DNA from: Abditibacteriaceae bacterium
GTDB taxonomy: Bacteria; Armatimonadota; Abditibacteriia; Abditibacteriales; Abditibacteriaceae
Reading direction: 5' to 3'
DNA: 17,768 nucleotides
Assembly (NCBI GenBank): GCA_031372065.1
Contig: JANMKN010000302.1
Location: 1 to 17,768 of the forward strand
In this document: in pieces, positions 1-8,300 of the stretch
Layout of the letters: each line of letters opens with the position of its first letter
How positions within the stretch are numbered: the stretch's first letter is position 1
Translations under genes and position numbers: made by a program
Notes under the pieces: model-generated
What the model saw: the letters and a program-made list of their open reading frames with translations, nothing else
The model's database searches: none
Told to the model about the DNA's origin: nothing

Positions 1-2243
1 TCGTCTGCGCCCACCGAAAGGTAGCGCACAATTTTGCCTTGCGTCGCATCGAAAATCGCAATTTTGCGCAGCGCCTGAAAATACAACGCAATGTAACGCC
101 CCGCGCCGCCCACAGTCACATCGGTTACTTGTCCGGGCAAATTGACCAGCGTTTTATCACCGAGGGTTTGCTCCGTTGCCCCAACAGTTGGCACGGCGCC
201 GGGCGCCACGTCAAATTCAACCAAATAATGCGCGACGGTTTCCGTGGCCGACATATCGTTCCATGTGCCGTCATGGGTGAGGAGAATCCTATCTTCATTG
301 GAAGGCGGCGCGTTATTGGGTTCGCCACCGCGCCAGTTGGTAAAGGCAAGCGGCTCGCCCGTAATCCAACTAAAACCGCCACCCGGCTCGGCGCTTCCCG
401 GTGCTTGAATTCCGCCAGTCCACGCTTCCTGCTCGCGCGTAAGATTAGCCAGAAAATCTTGTTCGCTTTGCGTGGAAATAGTGGCGAGATGGCCCGCGAC
501 TTTGCTGAAAGTGCGCGTCGCTGCCGCGTTTTGTGCGGCATACCAAGTCAGGGGCGCCGAGAACATCTGGTAATAATGCCCATTCACTGGATTGAGGCGC
601 GGCGCGGCGATGCCATCACCGGAAGGCGCCGTGATTTCAGGCGGCTGACCTGTCGGTAATTTTGGAGATGATGGCTCAGGCGGTTTATTCGCCACAGGCA
701 CTTCAAACTCAATCAAAAAGCCGCGATGCGCAGCGTGGCTGCCAGTTGTATCGTTCCAACCGCCCTGCGGCAATAATTCCAGAAAATCTTCCTTGTCGCC
801 TTTTAATTGATTCGGCTCGCCGGGCCACCAACTGGTGTATTGCCACGTCTCGCCCGTAATCCAGCGCCAACCTCCGGCGGGTTCGACGGCGTTTTTCTCT
901 TGAAACGAGCCGAGCCAATATCCTGTAGTCCGATCCGGCAATTGACGCACAATGTATTGCTGAATGAAGGCTTGTTCTTTGGCATCGGTAATCGTTGCCA
1001 GATGACCGTTCCCTGTAATCCACTTCTGCGCGGCGGCGAGATTTTTGGCATCTTCCCACGCAACAGGCTGCGAGGATAGGGCAATCTGATAAAAATGGCC
1101 GTTGGCAGAGTTTAGTGTCGGCGGTAGAAAAGTTAGTTTCACTTTTTCTTCGGGCACCATCGGCACTGGCACCAGTGGAATCACTGAGGAAACCTTCACC
1201 GTTGATGGCGTTTTGACAGGCAATAAATTAAAAAGCCCGGTTATTGTGCCGATTGCGACATCATCGCGCCGCACAGAAATTTTATAAAAGAGCGGCTTTT
1301 TTTCAGCGGTTATGCGAATATCCGTTGCCACAAATTCGCGCGCCTGAACGCGGCTAACCGAACTTACTCGCCAATTTTTGCCATCGCCGACGGCCAGATC
1401 AATAGAATAGAGCGGGCGGGCGTCCATCTCGTTATACACGCCGAGGTCGCCGGGGATGCGTCCACCATGCTGCTCTGCCGTTTCCAAATTAATAAAAACC
1501 TGCTGCGGTGCGCCGGACTTGCCGGAATTTGTCGGCGCGGCTTTGAGAGTAATCTTCGGCATCATCGCGGCGAAAATGGTATTAATTGGAATCGCAGTTG
1601 AAGGCTTATCTCCCTTTATTTCGACTGTTCGCATCAGACCGACTAAGCGGCCTGTTTCATCAATCAGCGGGCCACCGGACTTTATTTTTGGCGCCGCTGC
1701 CAATACGCGAATCAACGGAACGTTGTCGTTAGTTTGGGGCAGCGAAACCACACTGGCGCTTGCCGTTTCGACTTGCGGCATAGCGGAGTTGCCAGAGTTG
1801 GTTTTGCTCTCCGTTGAAAAGCCGAAAAATGTAACTGGCGCCTTCACTTTTAACGCATTCGCGTCACCCGGCGAGAGCGAGGCAAAGTTCGCAGGAAATG
1901 GTTTTTCAGGCACCAGCACAGCCAGATCGCGCTGCTTGTCCACACGCCAAACCAATAAATCAAAGGCGTTTTTTTCGTCTGCCAACCACGGTGCCAGCAA
2001 GCGCACTTTTGTCTGATTTCCCACGCTGCGGGCACTGGTGACAAAAACGCCGCGCCCATAAATGCAAACTGCCGTATCGCGCCCCGCTGGGCCATCCACC
2101 ATGACCACAGCGCGCTGGCGAATTTCCGCTGGCGTCAGCGCGTGCGCGGCACAGAAAAACCCATTGCAGAGCAGCAACAACCCAATTAACACAAGGTAAA
2201 CGAGCCACCACCTGAATTGGAGAATGTGAATCAAAGGTTGCAT
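1..2243 (-). CDS. Exported multidomain protein, partial (runs off the left edge, >=747 aa): signal peptide, trypsin-like (S1C/Trypsin_2) domain with degenerate catalytic site, two C-type lectin domains, start of a probable beta-propeller
   Basis: Hand translation; absent from the ORF track, presumably because it has no stop in the window. ATG at 2243-2241 with AAGGA upstream. N-terminus MQPLIHILQFRWWLVYLVLIGLLLLCNGFFCAAHA is a signal peptide. Trypsin-like motifs FVTSARSV, DLAVL and SGGPLIDETGRLVGL. CTL1 (702-1112): NGHFYQ..WEDAK..GHLATI..WLG..WRWITGE..WWPGEPN..WND..FLIEFE. CTL2 (210-593): NGHYYQ..GHLATI..SWITGE..NWRGGEPNN..WND..YLVEFD. Confidence 0.9.
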   Translation of the reverse strand, partial: MQPLIHILQFRWWLVYLVLIGLLLLCNGFFCAAHALTPAEIRQRAVVMVDGPAGRDTAVCIYGRGVFVTSARSVGNQTKVRLLAPWLADEKNAFDLLVWRVDKQRDLAVLVPEKPFPANFASLSPGDANALKVKAPVTFFGFSTESKTNSGNSAMPQVETASASVVSLPQTNDNVPLIRVLAAAPKIKSGGPLIDETGRLVGLMRTVEIKGDKPSTAIPINTIFAAMMPKITLKAAPTNSGKSGAPQQVFINLETAEQHGGRIPGDLGVYNEMDARPLYSIDLAVGDGKNWRVSSVSRVQAREFVATDIRITAEKKPLFYKISVRRDDVAIGTITGLFNLLPVKTPSTVKVSSVIPLVPVPMVPEEKVKLTFLPPTLNSANGHFYQIALSSQPVAWEDAKNLAAAQKWITGNGHLATITDAKEQAFIQQYIVRQLPDRTTGYWLGSFQEKNAVEPAGGWRWITGETWQYTSWWPGEPNQLKGDKEDFLELLPQGGWNDTTGSHAAHRGFLIEFEVPVANKPPEPSSPKLPTGQPPEITAPSGDGIAAPRLNPVNGHYYQMFSAPLTWYAAQNAAATRTFSKVAGHLATISTQSEQDFLANLTREQEAWTGGIQAPGSAEPGGGFSWITGEPLAFTNWRGGEPNNAPPSNEDRILLTHDGTWNDMSATETVAHYLVEFDVAPGAVPTVGATEQTLGDKTLVNLPGQVTDVTVGGAGRYIALYFQALRKIAIFDATQGKIVRYLSVGAD

Positions 2244-2288
2244 TTGACTTCCTTGACGATACTAAACGCTGCCTCCACCACTCGCGCG

Positions 2289-3794
2289 CTACACGTCCGA
2301 CTTTTCATGATTATCGCGCAAAATTGCCGCTGCTTCGCGGAACGAGGCCGCGTTTTCGATTTGTTCGCTCAAAGCCACGAAATTCGCCACTTTGGGAAGG
2401 CGCAAATTATATTTTTGGCCGCCATCTTCGGCGATGATGGCGCCCCACGAAATGCCTTTGATATTTTCGGCAAAGCGGCGCACAAAAAGACCGCGCAGTG
2501 CGGCGCGCGTGTGCGAGGGAGGAACTTCTTCGGCAGCGATAATTTCCGCTTCCTGCACCAAGGTTTGCATCATTTCGCTTTGCACAAGGCCGTAATATAA
2601 ACCGGCGTCCGTATCCACGTTGTGGTAAGCCAAATCAAGACTTTGTAAAATCGCCGCATCGCTGCGCCAATTGAGTTTTTCGCTGTCAGCAAAATCATCA
2701 AGCAACAGTTTTTTGGCGACCCAATCGAGGCGGTCATAGAGCGCAAGCGGATCACTTTCCAGCGCGTCCAGCGTTGCCTGCCATTCTTCCAAAACCCATT
2801 CGCTGCCGCTAATTTCCAGTTCCTGCGCGCCGCGCAGAAAACAGCGTTGCACATCTATCGCCGAAATGCTTTCGCCGCGCTCGTCTTCGACTAACCATTT
2901 GTAAGTATGGTCACGCGAAATGGCTTTAATGGCCTTGACCGGATCGCGCAATTCAACGGGCGCTGTCCAACCGCTTTCGAGCAAAGTGACGACGAGATTG
3001 GTCGCACCAACACGCAGCGCCGTGGCGTATTCGCTCATGTTGGCATCGCCCGCGATAACGTGCAGCCTGCGGGCGCGGCGCGGGTCGCCATGTGGCTCAT
3101 CGCGCGTGTTGACGAGGGGCCGATTCGCCAGCGTATCCACGCTTTGCAACACGCTGAAAAAATCGGCGCGCTGCGAAAGTTGATAGTTGCACCACACCGC
3201 GCCGCGTTCTTCGATGCCGACTTTGCCAGCGCCCGCATAAATAATCCGCGTGGCTAAAAACGGTGCAAGCGTGCGCACCACATCGTCCCACGGCACGCTG
3301 CGGCGCAGGACATAACTTTCGTGCGTGCCATAACTGGCGCCATGAAAATCGGTATTGTTTTTGAAAATGCCGACTTCTTTGCCGGTTTCTTCGCTATAGG
3401 CGCGGGCCGCCGCCAAAACGATGCGTTCGCCCGCTTTGTCGTGCGCCACAAGGCTGCGCAAATCGGCGCATTCGGGCGTGGAATATTCGGGATGGCCGTG
3501 ATCGTTATAAAACCGCGCGCCGTTGGATAAAACGCGGTCACAGCGATCTTCGGTGGGCGAATGGACGCGATCCGTGGGCCGGTCAAATTGCGCATCGGTG
3601 GCGTCTTGCGAAAGTTTCTCCACATGAAAACCGCGCACATCGTTGCGCGGGTCTTCGGCGCGATAATTCCACGGCGCCGCAAAGCGTCCGCGATAATGTT
3701 TCACCACATCACGCGAAGCAGCCACTAAAGCCGTTGTTTCCGCGCCTTCGACGGCGATACCGTATTCTGTCTCAATGCCAAATAAAGAGGTCAT
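2289..3794 (-). CDS. dop: Dop-family Pup/UBact deamidase-depupylase (PafA2), glutamine synthetase-like fold
   Basis: GIETEYG; Dop-loop-like WNYRAEDPRNDVRGF (cf. WDYEVESPLRDARGF); LSNGARFYNDHGHPEYSTPEC (Dop-type DHxHPEYS rather than PafA DVGSHPEYAT); KNNTD..GASYGTHESY; QLSQRADF; NTRDEPH; RRLHVIAGDANM; LDWVAKK; DLAYH. Confidence 0.9.
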   Translation of the reverse strand: MTSLFGIETEYGIAVEGAETTALVAASRDVVKHYRGRFAAPWNYRAEDPRNDVRGFHVEKLSQDATDAQFDRPTDRVHSPTEDRCDRVLSNGARFYNDHGHPEYSTPECADLRSLVAHDKAGERIVLAAARAYSEETGKEVGIFKNNTDFHGASYGTHESYVLRRSVPWDDVVRTLAPFLATRIIYAGAGKVGIEERGAVWCNYQLSQRADFFSVLQSVDTLANRPLVNTRDEPHGDPRRARRLHVIAGDANMSEYATALRVGATNLVVTLLESGWTAPVELRDPVKAIKAISRDHTYKWLVEDERGESISAIDVQRCFLRGAQELEISGSEWVLEEWQATLDALESDPLALYDRLDWVAKKLLLDDFADSEKLNWRSDAAILQSLDLAYHNVDTDAGLYYGLVQSEMMQTLVQEAEIIAAEEVPPSHTRAALRGLFVRRFAENIKGISWGAIIAEDGGQKYNLRLPKVANFVALSEQIENAASFREAAAILRDNHEKSDV

Positions 3795-3879
3795 TTTGGG
3801 TTTTAGGTTTTGGGCCTTTGGCTTTGAGATTCACCTTGGGATTCAAAAACCCAAGACCAAAGCCCCAAGACCAAAGTCC
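3794..3879. repeat. Inverted arrays of degenerate heptamer repeats filling the WD40-dop intergenic gap
   Basis: ttttggg/ttttagg/ttttggg/cctttgg/ctttgag (3794-3828), a spacer, then aaaaacc/caagacc/aaagccc/caagacc/aaagtcc (3845-3879). The two arms are roughly complementary. Confidence 0.75.
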
Positions 3880-5363
3880 TAATCCACTTTCCAAACTTTG
3901 ATGGTGCCATCGTCGCTACTGGAATAAAGCGCCGTGCTGTCGGGGTCAAAAGCTAAGGCCGTTACAAAAGAAGAGTGACCACGCAGAGCATATTTGATGC
4001 GCCAAGTCGTGGTGTCCCACAGGCGAATTTCGTTAAAGTTGCCGGTGCCAGCCAAAAGGTGGCTATCGGGAGAAAACGCCAAGGTGCCCTGCCCATTAAA
4101 GCCGGTCAAGGTGTTAATCAGCGCGCCCGTGGCCGCGTTGTGAATTTGCACTGAACCATCCTGACGACCTGCGGCGATGAAACGATTATCGCGAGAATAC
4201 ACCACAGAAGTCACCGGTGCTGGGGAAGGCAAAGTCCGCTTTAAATCACTGGTTGCCACGTCCCATAAGGCCACGCCGCGCCAAGTGCCGCCAGCAATCA
4301 AAGACCCATCAGGCGAAAAAGTGAGGGTATTAGTTGCATCACTGGGAACAATGTTGGCGTTGCGCGGTGGCTCATTGTCTTGCCAACGCAGCGTAGAGCG
4401 CGGCGCACCCGTATTGGCATCCCACAATTTGACTTCGCCTTCCACCAAACCATCACCCACACGAAACCTGCCCGGTGCCAACGCGGTAGCCAATAACAAA
4501 CCGTCGGGCGAAAAAGCCAGAGCCGTGATGGGATGCAGCGGCTTTATGGAGTAAGGCCGCGCCACGCCGGTTGTGGCATCCCAGAGCGTCACCGCGTTCT
4601 CGTTTACGGTGGCTAAAAGAGCCGCATTTGGCGCAAAAACCAATAAGTCGGGCGCAGTGGCCGGGGCATCCAAAGTCAAGCGCAAAGTGGCGGTGGCCGT
4701 ATTCCACAGTTTCAACGGCGGATTATCGCCGCCCGCCGCTAAAATAGTGGCATCGGCAGACAACGCCAAGGCTTGAATCGGCACCCCTTCGCGAATTTCG
4801 TTCAACAAGGGCGTGCGGCCACCGACCATATCCACAATCACCGCTTTGCCCCACGGAAAGTCAAGGCGCATCGTTGGATAATCGCGGCCTAAAACAGTGG
4901 CTTCGACGCTTTCACGCCACCAACGGCAGCATTCGGTAGACACCACACGCGTTGCAATATCATCGGCGGAAAGCAACTGTTCAAGGCTGAAATCGCGAAT
5001 CGTCTGCCCGGCGGGGTTAAGTAGCGTCAGGCTGTGTTCGGCGCCGACTCGCCCCCAAACGTCAAAGGCTGCGGTATAAGGTTGCGCGCGGCCCACAATG
5101 ATAACATCTACGGGCACCCAATCGAAAACACGTCGCCAAACTTCATGCTCGGTGCCATCGGCCTCCAAAGTGGTCATAATGCCCGTCGAACCAGTAACGC
5201 CGGGGACGATTTTCAGGGCGAATTTTCCGTCGCTTGAAGTGAAATAGCGCGGCTGAGGCGCATCCCACGTTGGCCGCATAAGTTTCCACGGTTCAGCACG
5301 CAAACCACTGCTGAAAATCACCGTGCAAAGCAATGTAAGGGGGATCAAAAAGCGCGAAATCAT
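3879..5363 (-). CDS. Exported protein: signal peptide, uncharacterised N-terminal domain, C-terminal WD40 beta-propeller
   Basis: Hydrophobic N-terminus ending LRA. Repeated ALAFSPDG...VKLWD, TFSPDGS...VALWD, GHSSFVTALAFDPD...DDGTIKVWK motifs. Confidence 0.88.
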   Translation of the reverse strand: MISRFLIPLTLLCTVIFSSGLRAEPWKLMRPTWDAPQPRYFTSSDGKFALKIVPGVTGSTGIMTTLEADGTEHEVWRRVFDWVPVDVIIVGRAQPYTAAFDVWGRVGAEHSLTLLNPAGQTIRDFSLEQLLSADDIATRVVSTECCRWWRESVEATVLGRDYPTMRLDFPWGKAVIVDMVGGRTPLLNEIREGVPIQALALSADATILAAGGDNPPLKLWNTATATLRLTLDAPATAPDLLVFAPNAALLATVNENAVTLWDATTGVARPYSIKPLHPITALAFSPDGLLLATALAPGRFRVGDGLVEGEVKLWDANTGAPRSTLRWQDNEPPRNANIVPSDATNTLTFSPDGSLIAGGTWRGVALWDVATSDLKRTLPSPAPVTSVVYSRDNRFIAAGRQDGSVQIHNAATGALINTLTGFNGQGTLAFSPDSHLLAGTGNFNEIRLWDTTTWRIKYALRGHSSFVTALAFDPDSTALYSSSDDGTIKVWKVD

Positions 5364-5404
5364 GGCAACCGGGGACGGCGTCTTTGGACCGAACGCCGCT
5401 TCCC

Positions 5405-5413
5405 ATTATAACA
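5405..5413 (-). promoter_or_regulatory. Extended -10 promoter (TGtTATAAT) for the WD40-dop-lectin genes
   Basis: Minus strand reads TGTTATAAT about 40 nt upstream of the WD40 ATG (5363). Confidence 0.55.
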
Positions 5414-5525
5414 AGCCCTCTCAACAGAGAATCACATTTTACGCTGGACTTAGCACGTCAAATGTCGCTATCCTCATACAGTCCCTGAAACAGATTTGAC
5501 ATTTTGCATGGGATTTGAGGTTAAT

Positions 5526-6533
5526 TTGAGCAAAACAATTCTTGTAACCGGTGCCGCTGGTTTCATTGGTAGTCATGTCGCAGAACGCCTTGTGGAACGC
5601 GGCGACATCGTAGTAGCGCTGGATAATCTCAACGATTATTACGATCCCCAACGCAAGCAGGCCAATCTCGACGAAGTGCGCGCTACCCTTGCGGCCAAAG
5701 GTGTAACGCAAAACCTACACTTTGTGACAACGGACTTGCGCGATCGCAAGGCGTTGGCTGAACTTTTCGAGGCGTATTCTTTTGACGCCATCGTCAATCT
5801 CGCTGCGATGGCGGGTGTGCGCAATTCGATGTCTGATCCACAATTGTATTACGATGTCAACTGCGCCGGAACGCTGAACCTCTTGGACGGAGTGATGGGC
5901 CGTTTAACGGACACCAAACCGGAAAAATTAGCCACCTTCATTTTAGCTTCCACCTCGTCGGCCTATGGCAACACCAAGCAGATGCCATTCATCGAAACCG
6001 ATGCTTGCAACGAACCGTTGGCGCCATATGCGGCCAGCAAGCGTGCTGCCGAATTGCTATTGTATTCCTATCATTTTTTATATAAAGTGCCCGCCACGGT
6101 TTTGCGTTTCTTCAACGTTTATGGCCCGCGCGGACGCCCCGACATGATGGCTTACAAAGTGTTGGAATCGGTTTTTTCCGGCAAAGCAGTGCCTTATTTC
6201 GACAGCGGCCAGATGCATCGCGACTGGACATTCGTGGCGGACATCGCCAGTGGCGCTGTGGCCGCGTGCGACCGTCCTCAAAATTACGAAGTCATCAATT
6301 TAGGTCGCGGACATCCGGTTTTAGTGGCCGATTTTGTAGATTACCTGCAAGAACTGGCGGGCGGCAAAGCCAATCTGGTTCCCGAAAAAGCGCCCGATGC
6401 TGATATTAACTATACCTACGCCGACATCAGCAAAGCGCACGCCTTGCTCGATTATGATCCACAGGTCACAGTGGAGCAAGGCTGCCAATTGTTTTGGGAA
6501 TGGTTTCAAAAAGCTGTCTTGAAGCCTTCTTGA
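5526..6533 (+). CDS. NAD-dependent epimerase/dehydratase (extended SDR, UDP-glucuronate 4-epimerase-like)
   Basis: ILVTGAAGFIGSH, DNLNDYYDP, LAAMAGVR, ASTSSAYG, YAASK (YxxxK), LRFFNVYGPRGRPDM, RDWTFVADI. Start moved from 5496 to TTG 5526, which has GAGG at 5517-5520. Confidence 0.9.
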   Translation: MSKTILVTGAAGFIGSHVAERLVERGDIVVALDNLNDYYDPQRKQANLDEVRATLAAKGVTQNLHFVTTDLRDRKALAELFEAYSFDAIVNLAAMAGVRNSMSDPQLYYDVNCAGTLNLLDGVMGRLTDTKPEKLATFILASTSSAYGNTKQMPFIETDACNEPLAPYAASKRAAELLLYSYHFLYKVPATVLRFFNVYGPRGRPDMMAYKVLESVFSGKAVPYFDSGQMHRDWTFVADIASGAVAACDRPQNYEVINLGRGHPVLVADFVDYLQELAGGKANLVPEKAPDADINYTYADISKAHALLDYDPQVTVEQGCQLFWEWFQKAVLKPS

Positions 6534-6634
6534 AACCCTAAAAATCGCTTTCGCGCAGTTCCTTTGGGAGCAGTTTCGCAGCATTACACAGATTATTATG
6601 CGTGCGTAAAGCGTGACCCACAGGCGATTTGCTT

Positions 6635-6643
6635 TGCTACACT
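6635..6643 (+). promoter_or_regulatory. Possible extended -10 (TGcTACACT) upstream of DAHP synthase
   Basis: TGCTACACT in the intergenic region about 48 nt before ATG 6691. Confidence 0.35.
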
Positions 6644-6647
6644 CAGC

Positions 6648-6673
6648 AGCGACCAACAAAAGCGACCAACAAA
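6648..6673 (+). repeat. Perfect 13-bp tandem duplication
   Basis: agcgaccaacaaa at 6648-6660 and 6661-6673. Confidence 0.85.
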
Positions 6674-6690
6674 TTTCCCTAAAGAATCCC

Positions 6691-7761
6691 ATGTTGCCGA
6701 CTACAGATTTAAATGTGGAGGACATTGTGCCTTTGGCACCACCGCGTGTCCATAAAGAAGAATTGCTGATGACGGAAGCGGCAAACCGCACCGTCATCGA
6801 AGGACGCAGCGCCGTGCGCGCGATTTTGCGTCATGAAGACCCTCGCCTGCTGGTAGTGGTTGGCCCTTGCTCAATTCACGACCCGCAAGCCGCGCTCGAA
6901 TATGCTGAAAAATTAGCCCGTCTGCGCGATGAACTTGCAGATCGCTTGCTCATCGTCATGCGGGTTTACTTTGAAAAGCCACGCACAACCGTGGGTTGGA
7001 AAGGTCTTGTCAACGACCCGCACATGAACGGGACGTATGACATCGAAACCGGCTTGAAACGCGCCCGCAAGTTGCTGCTACAGATCACCGAAATGGGCCT
7101 GCCCACGGCCACGGAGTTTCTTGACCCGATTGTGCCGCAATATATTGCCGATTTAGTGGTCTGGGCCGCTGTGGGTGCCCGCACAACGGAATCGCAGACG
7201 CATCGCGAAATGGCGAGCGGGCTTTCGATGCCGGTTGGTTTCAAAAACGCCACCGATGGCAGCTTGCAAATCGCGCTGGATGCCATGCAATCGGCGCTTT
7301 CGCCGCATTCGTTTTTGGGCATTGACCAAAACGGCGTCACGGCGATTATTCGCACCAAAGGCAATCCGTTCGGCCACGTTGTTTTGCGTGGCGGACGCAC
7401 GGCCACCAACTACGATAAATCCAGCATCGAAGCTGCGATGGCCTCTTTGAAAAAGGCCGGGCACGATGTTTCCATCATGGTGGATTGCAGCCACGCCAAT
7501 TCGCAAAAGCAGCATTGGAAACAGGAAGATGTGGCCCGCGATGTCATGGAACAACGCGCCGAAGGCAACACGTCGCTGATTGGCCTGATGATTGAAAGTT
7601 TTCTGTTTGACGGCAATCAGCCTGTGCCCGATGATTTGTCCAAGTTACAATACGGCGTCAGCGTCACCGATGCGTGCGTCAACTGGGAAACCACCGAACG
7701 AATGCTACGCCACGCGCACGAAGCCTTGGCTCCCACTTTAGCCGAAGCCTTGACTGCCTAA
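6691..7761 (+). CDS. aroG: 3-deoxy-7-phosphoheptulonate (DAHP) synthase, class I-alpha (AroF/G/H family)
   Basis: GPCSIHD, MRVYFEKPRTTVGWKGL, GARTTESQTHREMASGLSMPVGFKN, DCSHANS, YGVSVTDAC. ATG 6691 is preferred as start over 6613. The isozyme (feedback type) cannot be determined by eye. Confidence 0.95.
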   Translation: MLPTTDLNVEDIVPLAPPRVHKEELLMTEAANRTVIEGRSAVRAILRHEDPRLLVVVGPCSIHDPQAALEYAEKLARLRDELADRLLIVMRVYFEKPRTTVGWKGLVNDPHMNGTYDIETGLKRARKLLLQITEMGLPTATEFLDPIVPQYIADLVVWAAVGARTTESQTHREMASGLSMPVGFKNATDGSLQIALDAMQSALSPHSFLGIDQNGVTAIIRTKGNPFGHVVLRGGRTATNYDKSSIEAAMASLKKAGHDVSIMVDCSHANSQKQHWKQEDVARDVMEQRAEGNTSLIGLMIESFLFDGNQPVPDDLSKLQYGVSVTDACVNWETTERMLRHAHEALAPTLAEALTA

Positions 7762-7765
7762 TTCT

Positions 7766-8254
7766 ATGCCCATCCCGCAAATTGGCAAGCCTTTGCCCGA
7801 TTTTTCGTTGCCTGCGGTGCAAAAAAGCGCAGAGGGCTTCCTCGAAACGACGATTTCGCCTGACTCGCTGGCCGGGCGCGCTTTTGTGTTGTTCCTTTAT
7901 CCGAAGGACGCTACCAGCGGTTGCACCATCGAAGCGTGTCAGTTCGGCGAACTTTACACCGAATTCCAGAAACTTGGCATTGAAGTGATTGGATTATCGC
8001 GCGATAAATTGAGCGCGCATAAGCGGTTTATCACCAATCAGAACCTGCCCTACCCGCTCGCCAGCGATGAAGGCGCGCCGCTCATTAAAAGTTGGGGCCT
8101 GCTCGTCAACAAAACCATGTATGGCAAACCCGTCACGGGTGTGGCGCGCACCACATTTTTGGTCGGCGCCGATGGCCTTGTGCGTCAGGTTTGGGAAAAA
8201 GTCACGCCTGCTGGTCATGCAGCGGAAGTTTTGAAAAGCGCGGCCAGCCTGTAA
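7766..8254 (+). CDS. bcp: Peroxiredoxin Bcp/PrxQ
   Basis: YPKDATSGCTIEAC (PxxxTxxC with CxxxxC), GLSRD, LPYPLASD, KTMYGK, RTTFLVG. Confidence 0.92.
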   Translation: MPIPQIGKPLPDFSLPAVQKSAEGFLETTISPDSLAGRAFVLFLYPKDATSGCTIEACQFGELYTEFQKLGIEVIGLSRDKLSAHKRFITNQNLPYPLASDEGAPLIKSWGLLVNKTMYGKPVTGVARTTFLVGADGLVRQVWEKVTPAGHAAEVLKSAASL

Positions 8255-8300
8255 GACTGCAAGTTGCCGACATTCCAAATGGCGATTTTTGGAGCAATCA

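Noticed and set aside
39..2211. Track ORFs 39..659, 125..541, 807..1079, 1456..2016, 1960..2211 and similar
   Set aside because: Antisense or off-frame shadows of the real minus-strand gene <1..2243.
6564..6755. Tyr-rich attenuator leader peptide for DAHP synthase
   Set aside because: TTG start without an RBS, overlaps the gene, and no terminator/antiterminator hairpins were seen before 6691.
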